Below the pieces are notes generated by a model. The model ran no database searches. It was not told the origin of the DNA and worked only from the letters and a program-made list of their open reading frames with translations. This document shows positions 36,001 through 48,272 of a DNA stretch of 64,000 bases, piece by piece. Within the stretch, counting starts at the first letter, position 1. Every line of letters begins with the position of its first letter. The stretch spans positions 24,986,001 through 25,050,000 of the forward strand of contig OZ024764.1 in assembly GCA_964016885.1 (NCBI GenBank), in the 5' to 3' direction. The translations under genes were made by a program, and so were the position numbers. Source of the DNA: Eledone cirrhosa (lineage: Eukaryota).

Positions 36001-39000
36001 CATATCTATTACCACTGTGGTACACTTACTACACTATTATATAGACATATCTATCACCACTGTGGTACACTTACTACACTGTAATATAGATATATCTATC
36101 ACCACTGTGGTACACTTACTACACTGTTATATAGAAATATCTATCACCACTGTGGTACACTTACTACACTGTTATATAGACATGGCTATCCTCACTGTGG
36201 TACACTTGCTACACTGTTATCTAGACATGTCTATCACCACTGTGGTACACTTACTACACTTTTATATAGATATCACTACTCTGGTACACTTACTACACTG
36301 TTATATAGACATCTATCACCACTGTTGTACACTTACTACACTGTTATATAGACACATCTATCACCACTGTGGTACACTGTTATATAGACATGTCTATCAC
36401 CACTGTGGTACACTTGCTACACTGTTATATAGACATATCTATAACCACTGTTGTACACTTACTACACTGTTATATAGAAATATCTATCACCACTGTGGTA
36501 CACTTGCTACACTGCTATATAGAAATATCTATCACCACTGTGGTACACTTACTACACTGTTATATAGACAGGGCTATCATCACTGTGGTACACTTGCTAC
36601 ACTGTTATCTAGACATGTCTATCACAACTGTGGTACACTTACTACACTTTATATAGATATCACTACTCTGGTACACTTACTACACTGTTATATAGACATC
36701 TATCACCACTGTTGTACACTTACTACACTTATATAGATATATCTATCACCCCTGTGGTACACTTACCACACTGTTATATAGACATATCTATCACCACTCT
36801 GGTACACTTACTACACTGTTATATAGACATCTATCACCACTGTGGTACACTTACCACACTGTTATATAGATATATCTATCACCACTGTGGTACACTTACT
36901 ACACTGTTATATAGACATATCTATCACCACTGTGGTACACTTACTACACTGTTATATAGACATATCTATCAGCACTGTGGTACACTTACTACACTGTTAT
37001 ATAGACATATCTATTACCACTGTGGTACACTTACTACACTCTTACATAGACATATCTATCACCACTGTGGTAGATTTACTACACTGTTATAAAGACATGT
37101 CCATCACCACCGTGGTACACTTACTACACTGATATATAGACATATCTGTCACCACTGTTGTGCATTTACTACACTGTTATATAGTCATATCTTTTACCAC
37201 TGTGGTACACTTACTACACTGTTATATAGACATGTCTATCACCACTGTGGTACACTTAATACACTGTTATATAGACATATCTATCACCACTGTGGTACAC
37301 ATACCGCACTGTTATATAGTCATATCTATCACCATTGTGGTAAACTTACTACACTGTTATATAGATATATCTCTCACCACTGTGGTACATTTACTACACT
37401 GTTATATAGACATGTCTAACCCCACTGTGGTACATTTACTACACTATAATATAGACATATCTATCACTTCTGTGGTACACTTACTACACTGTTATATAGA
37501 CATCTATCACCACTGTGGTACACTTACTACACTGTTATATAGAAATATCTATCACCACTGTGGTACACTTACTACACTGTTATATAGACATGGCTATCAT
37601 TACTGTGGTACATTTACTACACAGTTATCTAGACATATATATCACCACTGGTACACTTACTACACTGTTATATAGACATATATATCACAACTGTGGTACA
37701 CTTAATACACTGCTATATAGACATGTCTATCACCACTGTGGTACACTTGCTACACTGATATCTAGACATGTCTATCACTGCTGTTGTACACTTACTACAC
37801 TTTTATATAGATATCACCACTCTGGTACACTTACTACACTGTTATATAGACATCTATGACCACTGTGGTACACTTACTACATTGGTACATAGACATATCT
37901 ATCACCACTGTGGTACACTTACTACACTGTTATATAGACATCTATCACCACGGTGGTAAACTTACTACACTGTTATATAGACATCTATCACCACTGTGTT
38001 AAACTTACTACACTGTTATATAGACATGTCTATCACCACTGTGGTACACTTACTACACTGTTATATAGTCACATCTATTACCACTGTGGTACCCTTACTA
38101 CACTGTTATATAGATATATCTATCACCCCTGTGGTACACTTACTATAGTTATATAGACATATCTATTACCACTGTGGTACACTTACTTCACTGTTATATA
38201 GACATATCTATCACCACTGTGGTACACTTACTACACTGTTATATAGAGATATATATTACCACTGTGGTACACTTACTACACTGTTATATAGACATATCTA
38301 TCAGCGCTGTGGTACACTTACTACACTGTTATATAGACATGTCTATCACCACTGTGGTAGACTTACTACACTGTTATATAGAGATATATATTACCACTGT
38401 GGTACACTTACTACACTGTTATATAGTCACATCTATTACCACTGTGGTACCCTTACTACACTGTTATATAGATATATCTATCACCCCTGTGGTACACTTA
38501 CTATAGTTATATAGACATATCTATTACCACTGTGGTACACTTACTACACTATTATATAGACATATCTATCACCACTGTGGTACACTTACTACACTGTAAT
38601 ATAGATATATCTATCACCACTGTGGTACACTTACTACACTGTTATATAGAAATATCTATCACCACTGTGGTACACTTACTACACTGTTATATAGACATGG
38701 CTATCATCACTGTGGTACACTTGCTACACTGTTATCTAGACATGTCTATCACCACTGTGGTACACTTACTACACTTTTATATAGATATCACTACTCTGGT
38801 ACACTTACTACACTGTTATATAGACATCTATCACCACTGTTGTACACTTACTACACTGTTATATAGACACATCTATCACCACTGTGGTACACTGTTATAT
38901 AGACATGTCTATCACCACTGTGGTACACTTGCTACACTGTTATATAGACATATCTATAACCACTGTTGTACACTTACTACACTGTTATATAGAAATATCT

Positions 39001-40150
39001 ATCACCACTGTGGTACACTTGCTACACTGCTATATAGAAATATCTATCACCACTGTGGTACACTTACTACACTGTTATATAGACAGGGCTATCATCACTG
39101 TGGTACACTTGCTACACTGTTATCTAGACATGTCTATCACAACTGTGGTACACTTACTACACTTTATATAGATATCACTACTCTGGTACACTTACTACAC
39201 TGTTATATAGACATCTATCACCACTGTTGTACACTTACTACACTGTTATATAGATATATCTATCACCCCTGTGGTACACTTACCACACTGTTATATAGAC
39301 ATATCTATCACCACTCTGGTACACTTACTACACTGTTATATAGACATCTATCACCACTGTGGTACACTTACCACACTGTTATATAGATATATCTATCACC
39401 ACTGTGGTACACTTACTACACTGTTATATAGACATATCTATCACCACTGTGGTACACTTACTACACTGTTATATAGACATATCTATCAGCACTGTGGTAC
39501 ACTTACTACACTGTTATCTAGACATGTCTATCACCAATGTGGTACACTTACTACATGGTTATATAGACATATCTATCACCACTGTGGTACACTTACTACA
39601 CTGTTATATAGACATGTCTATCACTACTGTGGTACACTTATTACACTGTTATATAGAAATATCTATCACCACTGTGGTACACTTACTACACTGTAATATA
39701 GACATATCTATCGCTGTTGTGGTACACTTACTACACTGTTATCTAGACATATATATCACCACTGTGGTACACTTACTACACTGTTATATAGACATGTCTA
39801 TCACCACTGTGGTACAATTGCTACACTGTTATCTAGAAATGTCTATCACTGCTGTTGTACACTTACTACACTTTTATATAGATATCACCACTCTGGTACA
39901 CTTACTACACTGTTATATAGACATATCTATTACCACTGTGGTACACTTACTACACTGTTATGTAGACATATCTATCACCACTGTGGTACACTTGCTACAC
40001 TGTTATATAGTCATATCTATCACCACTGTGGTACACTTACTACACTGTTATATAGTCATATCTATTACCACTGTGGTACACTTACTACACTGTTATATAG
40101 ACATGTCTATCACCACCGTGGTACACTTACTACACTGTTATATAGACATG
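1..40150. repeat. Large tandem satellite, ~45-bp monomer (consensus ctatcaccactgtggtacacttactacactgttatatagacatat / ...gacatgt), ~890 copies, open at the window start
   Basis: Continuous head-to-tail monomers in one orientation, read directly. Recurrent length variants: 43 bp (actggtac or gacatctatc), 39 bp (gatatcaccactctgg), 54 bp (9-bp duplication, e.g. ~12785) and 36 bp (~36372). Confidence 0.98.
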
Positions 40151-41308
40151 TAAAGTGGTCATGTAGGTGTCACAACAAACAACACCCAGTCCACACTGTA
40201 AAGTGGTCATGTAGGTGCCACAACAAAAAGTACCCAGTCCACACTGTAAAGTGGTCATGTAGGTTTCACAACAAAAAGTACCCAGTCCACACTGTAAAGT
40301 GGTCATGTAGGTGTCACAACAAAAAGTACCCAGTCCACACTGTAAAGCGGTCATGTAGGTGTCACAACAAAAAGTACCCAGTCCACACTGTAAAGTGGTC
40401 ATGTAGGTGTTATGACAAAAAGTACCCAGTCCACACTGTAAAGTGGTCATGTAGGTGTCATGACAAAAAGTACCCAGTCCACACTGTAAAGTGGTCATGT
40501 AGGTGCCATGACAAAAGGTACCCAGTCCACACTATAAAGTGGTCATGTATGTGTCACAACAAAAAGTACCCAGTCCACACTGTAAAGTGGTTGTGTAGGG
40601 GCCACAACAAAATGTACCCAGTCCACACTGTAAAGTGGTCATGTAGGTCTCATGACAAAAAGTACCCAATCCACACTGTAAAGTGGTCATGTAGGTGTCA
40701 CAACAAACACACCCAGTCCACACTGTAAAATGGTCATGTAGGTGTCACAACAAAAAGTACCCAGTCCACACTGTAAAGCTGATCATGTAGGGGCCACAAC
40801 AAAAAGTACCCAGTCCACACTGTAAAGTGGTCATGTAGGTGTCATGACAAAAAGTACCCAGACGGCACTGAAAAGTGGTCATGTAGGTGCCACAACAAAA
40901 AGTACCCAGTCCACACTGTATAGTTTTTGTGTAGGGCCCACAATAAAAAGTACCCAGTCCACACTGTAAAGTGGTCATGTAGGTGTCACAACAAAAAGTA
41001 CCCAGTCCACACTGTAAAGTAGTCATGTAGGTGTCACAACAAAAAGTACCCAGTCCACACTGTAACGTAGTCATGTAGGTGTCACAACAAAAAGTACCCA
41101 GTCCACACTGTAAAGTTATCATGTAGGTGTCACAACAAACAACACCCAGTACACACTGTAAAGTGATCATGTAGGTGTCATGACAAAAAGTACTCAGTCC
41201 ACACTGTAAAGTGGTCATGTAGGTGTCTCAACAAAAAGTACCCAGTCCACACTGTAAAGTGGTCATGTAGGTGTCACAACAAACAACACCCAGTCAACAC
41301 TGTAAAGT
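40147..41308 (+). repeat. 48-bp minisatellite (catgtaggtgtcacaacaaaaagtacccagtccacactgtaaagtggt), ~24 copies, derived from an RTE-LINE 3' UTR repeat
   Basis: Period 48 (ccacactgta at 40191 and 40239). The unit matches the LINE 3' UTR unit (reverse complement of ~50373-50420; also ~44827-44876) at 40/48 positions without gaps. Confidence 0.93.
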
Positions 41309-41392
41309 GTTTGTTGTTGGGGAGGGCATCAAGCTGTAGAAACCAAGTCAGAAATATTTATGCATAGCAAGACACGGTCCTGTGACCCAACA
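41309..41392 (+). mobile_element. Continuation of the RTE-type 3' UTR downstream of the 48-bp array
   Basis: gttgttggggagggcatcaagctgtagaaacc...gacacggtc aligns with gttggtgttaggaagggcatccaaccgtagaaaacc...gacacggtc at ~44923-44991. Confidence 0.8.
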
Positions 41393-41775
41393 TAGCACAA
41401 ATTGCTAAATCATTTCCTTTAGAATATGACAAAGTGAGGACTGTCGCTGTGTTGTACTGAAGAAGAGGGAGGAGAAACTCTCTGCTTCAAAGGAAGTGAC
41501 TCAGCAATTTGTTAGTTTTTCATAGGCCTCAGGTGTGGCTGGACATACCAAATTGAATTTCTCACTTGTAAAGGTAAAATATATTTTGATAAATATAATT
41601 TATCTAAAAATACTAACATATATTTGTTGATCATATATATATATGTTTGTATATATATATATATATAAATATATATATATATATTAGTTTAACAATAATA
41701 ATAATAACGAAGGCAAGTTATTTTACATATTCATTTCATTCAGAGGCTTGATCACATATATATATATGTATATAT

Positions 41776-41935
41776 ATATTCATTTCATTTCATTTTACGT
41801 CCACTTTTCCCTGCTTGCAAGGGTGGGACGGGAACTGATTCTGGCTTGATTTCTACAGCTGGATGCCCTACCCAACGCCGAACTCATTTACAGTGAGGGC
41901 TGCGTGTTTTTTTCCGTGGCACCTCCACGACCACT
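41776..41935 (-). mobile_element. RTE-related LINE/SINE 3' end with (CATTT)n tail
   Basis: ttacgtccacttttccctgcttgcaagggt and tttctacagctggatgccct...ccaacgcc resemble the LINE 3' end at 50195-50330. A shorter tail piece with (cat)n lies at ~43520-43572. Confidence 0.7.
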
Positions 41936-42312
41936 TTGCTGTGGAATGATAGGGACCCCAGCCCTATCATCTCATTTCTACAGCTGAGTAAACTGGAGCA
42001 ATGTGAAATAAAATGTCGTCTTCAGTCTGACACTACTTTGACTGATACACTTCCTTCCCTGTATATATCAGATACATGTATTTGTGTGTGTTTATACGCG
42101 TGCTTTCATACTTGTATGTGTATATATTTCAATCCTTAGTCCCTCAGTCTGTATGTACACTAACTCTATTATCTTACAATTCCTTTTTCAACATATATTA
42201 TATACGTATTTGTGGTCACACATACACTGATATGCTTGCCCTCATGTATGTACTTACGCACACATTTTTTCACTATACACATGCATTTGTACATACACAC
42301 ATATGTACATTT

Positions 42313-42396
42313 GTTCCTGCTTGGGTTGTTATTTCACTGAGGAACTGGAATCATATGATTCCAGTTCCTCAGAGAAATAACAACCCAACCAGGAAC
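42313..42396. repeat. Loopless palindrome, 42-bp arms
   Basis: gttcctgcttgggttgttatttcactgaggaactggaatcat|atgattccagttcctcagagaaataacaacccaaccaggaac; centre 42354/42355; about 3 mismatched pairs. Confidence 0.92.
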
Positions 42397-42444
42397 TGGG
42401 CATATCAGAGTATTGACAAAATTATACACCTCAACAACATATGT

Positions 42445-42503
42445 ACTTGTCTACTGAAGAGGTCACAGCCAAAGATGGCTGTCACCGAAATATATATAGC
42501 AGT
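42445..42503 (+). ncRNA. Minimal type I hammerhead ribozyme motif
   Basis: CTGAAGA (42454-60), stem II ggt-c-acagcc/ggctgt-c-acc, GAAA (42487-90), palindromic tata stem III, TA cleavage site, stem I cta/tag. AATAAA follows at 42504. Confidence 0.75.
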
Positions 42504-42641
42504 AATAAACGAAGCTAAATTTTAAACATTGTGACTTATTTATTTTACTTATTTTACATTACTCCGGAGTAACCAAACCAACCTGCGCACTTCGTCGCGT
42601 GCTCCAGCCTGCATACTGAGGTGTTACAACCAACATATACT

Positions 42642-42690
<49 letters not shown>

Positions 42691-42720
42691 AAAGAATAGA
42701 GGTGTAACACACAAGTTATT

Positions 42721-42841
42721 ATATATTGGTAAACGGAATAGAAAATGCTGACAAATTGTTCACAGTTGAAAAATGGTTTGATTAGGAATAAAAACCATTT
42801 TTCAACTGTGAACAATTTGTCAGCATTTTCTATTCCGTTTA

Positions 42842-42850
<9 letters not shown>
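42721..42850. repeat. Perfect fold-back, 59-bp arms and 12-nt loop, between (TA)n tracts
   Basis: 42721-42779 is the reverse complement of 42792-42850. Confidence 0.95.
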
Positions 42851-42891
<41 letters not shown>

Positions 42892-42969
42892 ATAGTAAGA
42901 TGCATTATTGGTTGTGTAAAATGGTCCAATAACTTAATGTTAGCAATATTAAGTTCTCCACGCTTTTGT

Positions 42970-43361
<392 letters not shown>

Positions 43362-43437
43362 GTTTATAGTTGTAAGGCCAACAACTATAAACGTTTATAC
43401 CTCATTACACAATGCTTCAAGTGAACTACAACTTCCT

Positions 43438-43520
<83 letters not shown>

Positions 43521-43744
43521 TCACATCATCATCATCATCACCTTACGTCCACTTTTCCTTGCTTGCAAGGGTATATATATATATATAAATAAATAAATAA
43601 ATATATATATATATACAATATGTTGAAAAGGTAACACACCAGAGAGAGATATACAGTGCGTTATCAATAATACAGGGAAAAAACCCACCAGTGTATGGAA
43701 TCTATAACCTATGAAAGCGAGGGCCTATGCCTCCGTTAATTTAT

Positions 43745-43808
<64 letters not shown>

Positions 43809-43888
43809 GTTTACATATACATAAAGTTATAGATATATATGCTGCAACCGGTCACTATGAAGAATTAATAAATTAAATAATCAGAGCA

Positions 43889-44208
43889 ATATATCATAAA
43901 TCATGTCTTTAGAATTATTAGATAAAATATATACCATTTCCTCTCCCAATTAGCATAATTAACCATATAAAAAATCAATTAGACCAAGCTATAAGAATAA
44001 AGGCTCGTATGAAATGCTGTCGAAATATTGGATAAATACTCTATTGGGGCCACCGCGAAGAGGCCACTTTCGGTTATTTGTCGGAGATTTCTTCATAAGA
44101 GCCTTTATTCTTATAGCTTGGTCTAATTGATTTTTTATATGGTTAATTATGCTGATTGGGAGAGGAAATGATATATATTTTATCTAATAATTCTAAAGAC
44201 ATGATTTA

Positions 44209-44216
<8 letters not shown>
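43889..44216. repeat. Fold-back insert, ~125-bp inverted arms, ~78-nt spacer, (TA)n-flanked
   Basis: 43889-44013 is the reverse complement of 44092-44216 with a few mismatches. Confidence 0.92.
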
Positions 44217-44277
<61 letters not shown>

Positions 44278-44380
44278 TATTATTTGTGGTATAAAAACGT
44301 TGAGATTTGATGAAATAAATCACTGCCAATACTGGAATTGAATAATCAAAACTGTAGCGGTATGTCACATATCAAATCAT

Positions 44381-44445
44381 ATATTTTGTCTGATGAAAAC
44401 GTACTTAAACACCATTGTACCTTTGAAATATCTATAATAAAATAT
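44381..44445 (+). ncRNA. Minimal type I hammerhead ribozyme motif
   Basis: Stem I atattttgt/ataaaatat, CTGATGA (44390-96), stem II aaa-c-gtac...gtac-c-ttt, GAAA (44425-28), tatcta, TA cleavage site. Confidence 0.75.
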
Positions 44446-44504
44446 ATATTTTGATTATGAAAATATTCTTCATTTATTAACATTTTGAATAATATATGTA
44501 CCAG

Positions 44505-45083
44505 GGCGATCAAAATAGATGGAAGTTACGGAGTAGGTAGACCCAGAAAAACCTGGGACGATCTGATAAATTCCGACCTTACACACTTACACCTCTCTAA
44601 GACAATGTCATTGGACCGAGATCTTTGGCGCTACGCGGTAATACAGAAGACCCGTCTTGCCTAAGTACAAAGTGAAACCTACAGTCAGTAGGCACCTCTT
44701 AACCAAATATACACCCCGATCCACTACCCCTACCCTATCCTCCCACTCCCACTAACATCACCCTCTCTCTGTAAAGTTGGTAACACAACATCCAGTCCAA
44801 ATAAATGAGATAATGTGATCGAGATCGTGTAGGTGTCACGAGAAAAAAAACACACAGCCCACGCTGAAATGTGGCCGTGTAGGTTACACAGTAAAAAGTT
44901 CCCAGTCCACACTGGAAATGTCGTTGGTGTTAGGAAGGGCATCCAACCGTAGAAAACCTGCCGGATAGTCCTATACGAGAGAGACACGGTCACCAGACCA
45001 ACCTTGCCTCAAGTGGGACAACTCCCGTCTAACCCATGCTAGCGTGGAAGATGGACGTTAAACGAAGATGATGATGAGATGAT
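44505..45083 (+). mobile_element. RTE-type LINE, short 3' fragment (ORF C-terminus, 3' UTR, (GAT)n tail)
   Basis: Encodes IKIDGSYGVGRPRKTWDDLINSDL...QKTRLA* (stop 44662-64), nearly identical to the end of the 50701-51480 ORF; ends in aaacgaagatgatgatg. Confidence 0.92.
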
Positions 45084-45949
45084 TTATATATATATAAATA
45101 TATCTCTCTATATATAGATATATCTAAATATATATAAATATATGCCCTCCCCAACACCCAACATTTCTCATATGTATGGTCTGCGCATATCACTTAATAC
45201 CATGAACGCACATTATGTGGCTTTGCGTGAAGATTCCATACGCTTAAACACGTAAGATAGAAATCTGATTTTACTTTATTGCTCTCTCTCACCCTCTCTT
45301 TTTCTTGCTCTACCTCTCCTCTCTCTCTCTTAATCGCTGTCTCTCTCACCCACTTCTACTCAATGAATTCCTATACAAGGTTCTCTTATTCAATTGTTTA
45401 CTTTCAACTACTCCCAGTATGTGAGTGGCCAGAAGTAAATAAAAGTTTGAGAAACTTGTTGAAACTATAAAACGAATGAAATGGTAAACATGCATTACAT
45501 AATGGAGTTGTGAAACAAAAACTATATTTAAACGACACTTAAAACATTTTAAACATCAAAATATTAAAACTTCATAAATATATTTAATACTCATGAGTAT
45601 TTCAAAACCACACAATCTAAACATAATGAATGTGTTGATTAGCTACCTCAACTTATAAACGGGTTTTCGATTTTTGCCCATTTCTCAGGCATAAAATAGG
45701 AGTTTAGATTATATGAGTTGATATTTGAGTATATATGGTAATGTCTCTGTTATGTCTAATTTAGGGAAAAGAGAAAAGAATAGAGAGGATAACAAAATAT
45801 TATCAAATTCTGGATATCACTATATATGATTACCACATTGCTCTAGATTCAGCAACCCTAGAAAAAAGAAAAAGATGTACCATTATATTAATGACTTTCT
45901 GCTTCTATTTCAAATGACATAAACTCATTAAGCTCGAAATTATATATAT

Positions 45950-45980
<31 letters not shown>

Positions 45981-46016
45981 AGAAGAAATTAAAAGATGGT
46001 TAAAAAAAGTTCCATA

Positions 46017-46086
46017 TATTTTATTATGCGCATTTCGAAAACAACATCATCCTGGGACAAAAATTGTGTTCTCATCAGATAAAATA
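46017..46086 (-). ncRNA. Hammerhead ribozyme motif, family A, in a ~150-bp repeat (~45981-46135)
   Basis: Minus strand reads tattttat CTGATGA gaac...gttttc GAAA tgcgca TA ataaaata: 8-bp stem I and palindromic stem III. Confidence 0.82.
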
Positions 46087-46260
46087 AGGTAACATGATAT
46101 GAGGCCTAAAACACTTGTCAACAGGAAAGTGTCCAGTCTACATATGACAGAAATATAAGAGTAAGATAAAGATAGGAAAATAGAAGAAAAGGAAAGAAGG
46201 AGAAAAAGGAAAACGAAAGTGAAGAGAGGAGAAAAGGAGAAAAAAGAAAGAAGGAAGAGT

Positions 46261-46300
<40 letters not shown>

Positions 46301-46399
46301 AGAGAGAGAGAGACCTTTGATCAGGAACGCTGTCAAAATGAAACAAGCTGTAAATAACGGTTAAAAAGTAAATTGATGAGGTGTATGTGCGATAAAATA

Positions 46400-46470
46400 A
46401 AGTGGTCGATAAAATAAAGTACCAGTAATGCACTGGTTAATTGCTGGCCTTGTGCCAAAACGTAGAAACA
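46400..46470 (+). mobile_element. SINE fragment (cephalopod-type core)
   Basis: gtcgataaaataaagtaccagtaatgcactgg...ttgctggccttgtgccaaaa; also at 47936-48030 (-), ~52690-52720 and 53530-53705. Confidence 0.7.
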
Positions 46471-46998
46471 ATTATAGATGGCATTCAAATATTAGAGGTC
46501 TAAAATACAGAAACTGGGTATATTATTTTATATATACTAAAAATTGGATTAAGAAGTGTAAAAATGTATTAATAAAATAAAATTAAAAAAAATTAAATTA
46601 AATTAAAATAAGTATAAAAAAGATTTTTATAAAATAAAATAAAATAAAAAAAATAAAAATAGTCTATCTATGTGAAAATTTTAAATTTCTATTAAAAATC
46701 TATATATGTGGGGTATACTATTTAATTTTTATTTTATATCAACAAGTAAAGGAAATTGCTAGAATGATTTATAAAGGTAGAAAGACATATGACATCATAG
46801 TTTGTTTACAAAATCTACGAAGGTTTGAACGAAAATCTAAGGCTATCGAAAAAAGGTGAAAGGCTTAAAATATGCTGAGAAACTGAATTAATACATTGTA
46901 GAATATATTGAAATATGTGTAAATAATTAACCGTTATTCCTGGAATATGTTATAGGACATTAGCTATATACTTTGTGAAAGTATATATATATATATAT

Positions 46999-47261
46999 AC
47001 GATATTAAACAAATGGAAACTATATTTATAAAACCATATTTATTTCGTTATATATATTTCTGGGATATCATATTAAAAATGGTATGCCTTCCTCAGACAA
47101 AATACAATACATAAGCTGTTTTATAAATAATTATTGACATACCTTATAATAATGCAACTTCCATTTAAAAGTTGATTTGGTTTTTAATATGATATCCCAG
47201 AAATATATATAACGAAATAAATATGGTTTTATAAATATAGTTTCCATTTGTTTAATATCGT
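46999..47261. repeat. Fold-back insert with ~81-bp inverted arms carrying hammerhead family B
   Basis: 46999-47079 is the reverse complement of 47181-47261. The body is homologous to 63618-63810 in the opposite orientation. Confidence 0.92.
47041..47104 (-). ncRNA. Hammerhead ribozyme motif, family B
   Basis: Minus strand reads tattttgt CTGAGGA aggcataccat...atgatatccca GAAA tatata TA acgaaata. Confidence 0.78.
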
Positions 47262-47350
47262 AAACCTACTCCAGAAACTGTTGAGTGCTTTTATATCAGT
47301 TATAAAATATTTACTCGTTGTAACCCAACAATCTTAAATAAAACTTTTGC

Positions 47351-47381
<31 letters not shown>

Positions 47382-47416
47382 ATATAAGATCAAAAGATGG
47401 TCAAAAAAGTTCCAAG

Positions 47417-47487
47417 TATTTTATTATGCGAATTTCAAAAACAAACATCATCATGGGATGATGTCTGCGTTCTCATCAGATAAAATA
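47417..47487 (-). ncRNA. Hammerhead ribozyme motif, family A
   Basis: Minus strand reads tattttat CTGATGA gaacgcagacatcatc-ccat-gatgatgtttgttttt GAAA ttcgca TA ataaaata, with a long stem II. Confidence 0.78.
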
Positions 47488-47935
47488 AGGAGACATGATA
47501 TGAAGCTTAAAAAACACTTGTGAATAGTTAAGTTTTAAATCAACATATGAAAAATAAATTAAGATGGATGTATGAGATTGGGAAAAAAAAATTGTGAGGG
47601 TGTGGGTGGGTGGAAAAGGTGAGGAAGAGGAAGAAATAAGAGTAAAGGATGGTGAGGAAGGAGTATAAGAAGGAAGGATGAGAGAGGAGGAGAGATGGGT
47701 GATGGAGAGAGAAAAATATATATTGACTTACAGAGAGAAATTAAAAAACCGTTGGAAGATAATAGATAATTTAAAAGATTTGGAAATTAGAAGTTGATAA
47801 GGTTTATGTATGAGGAAAAGAATTAAGAAGAGTATTAAATTAAGGTTTGTATATTGAAGGGTTTAATAATGTGTGCGAAGAAAAAGAATTTATTAATATG
47901 TATTATTATAATAAAAATATTAATTGTTTCTACTT

Positions 47936-48030
47936 TTTTGGCACAAGGCCAGCAATAAACCAGTGTATTACTGGTACTTTATTTTATCGACCCCATAAGG
48001 ATGAAAGGCAAAGTGAACCTCGGCGGGATT
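47936..48030 (-). mobile_element. SINE fragment
   Basis: ttttggcacaaggccagcaa...ctggtactttattttatcgaccccataaggatgaaaggcaaagtgaacctcggcgggatt is the reverse complement of the SINE core. Confidence 0.75.
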
Positions 48031-48272
48031 ATAATAAAAATATTAAGGATATTAAGGATATAGTGTGAAAAGGAGTAGAATGAATGAGTTATGAATTTAG
48101 AGGAATTAGTTAGGGTTTGTTTTTGTGTGATGTAATGTGTGTACGTAAATATTATTTTTTAAATTAGCGTATATTTATATATATATGTAGGAGGTGAGTT
48201 TTATTGTCGAACAATAAAACAATGCATATATCGGATAAGTAGCACTCAACATTTTATTGAACTGGAGTATAT

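Noticed and set aside
12-40153. Dozens of His/Cys/Thr-rich ORFs (VVHLLHCYIDISITT; HHCGTLTTLLYRHIY), tempting as metal-binding repeat proteins
   Set aside because: A 45-bp unit is 15 codons and is stop-free in two frames by chance. The 43-bp monomers switch frames freely, and there is no unique coding sequence or gene structure.
40130-41218. Minus-strand MTTLQCGLGTFCCDTY ORFs
   Set aside because: Translation of the 48-bp repeat, which derives from a non-coding UTR.
1-41308. CRISPR-like regular repeats
   Set aside because: No unique spacers, no cas genes, and a eukaryotic context.
41457-41495. CTGAAGA...GAAA hammerhead-like string
   Set aside because: No stem II or stem I pairing.
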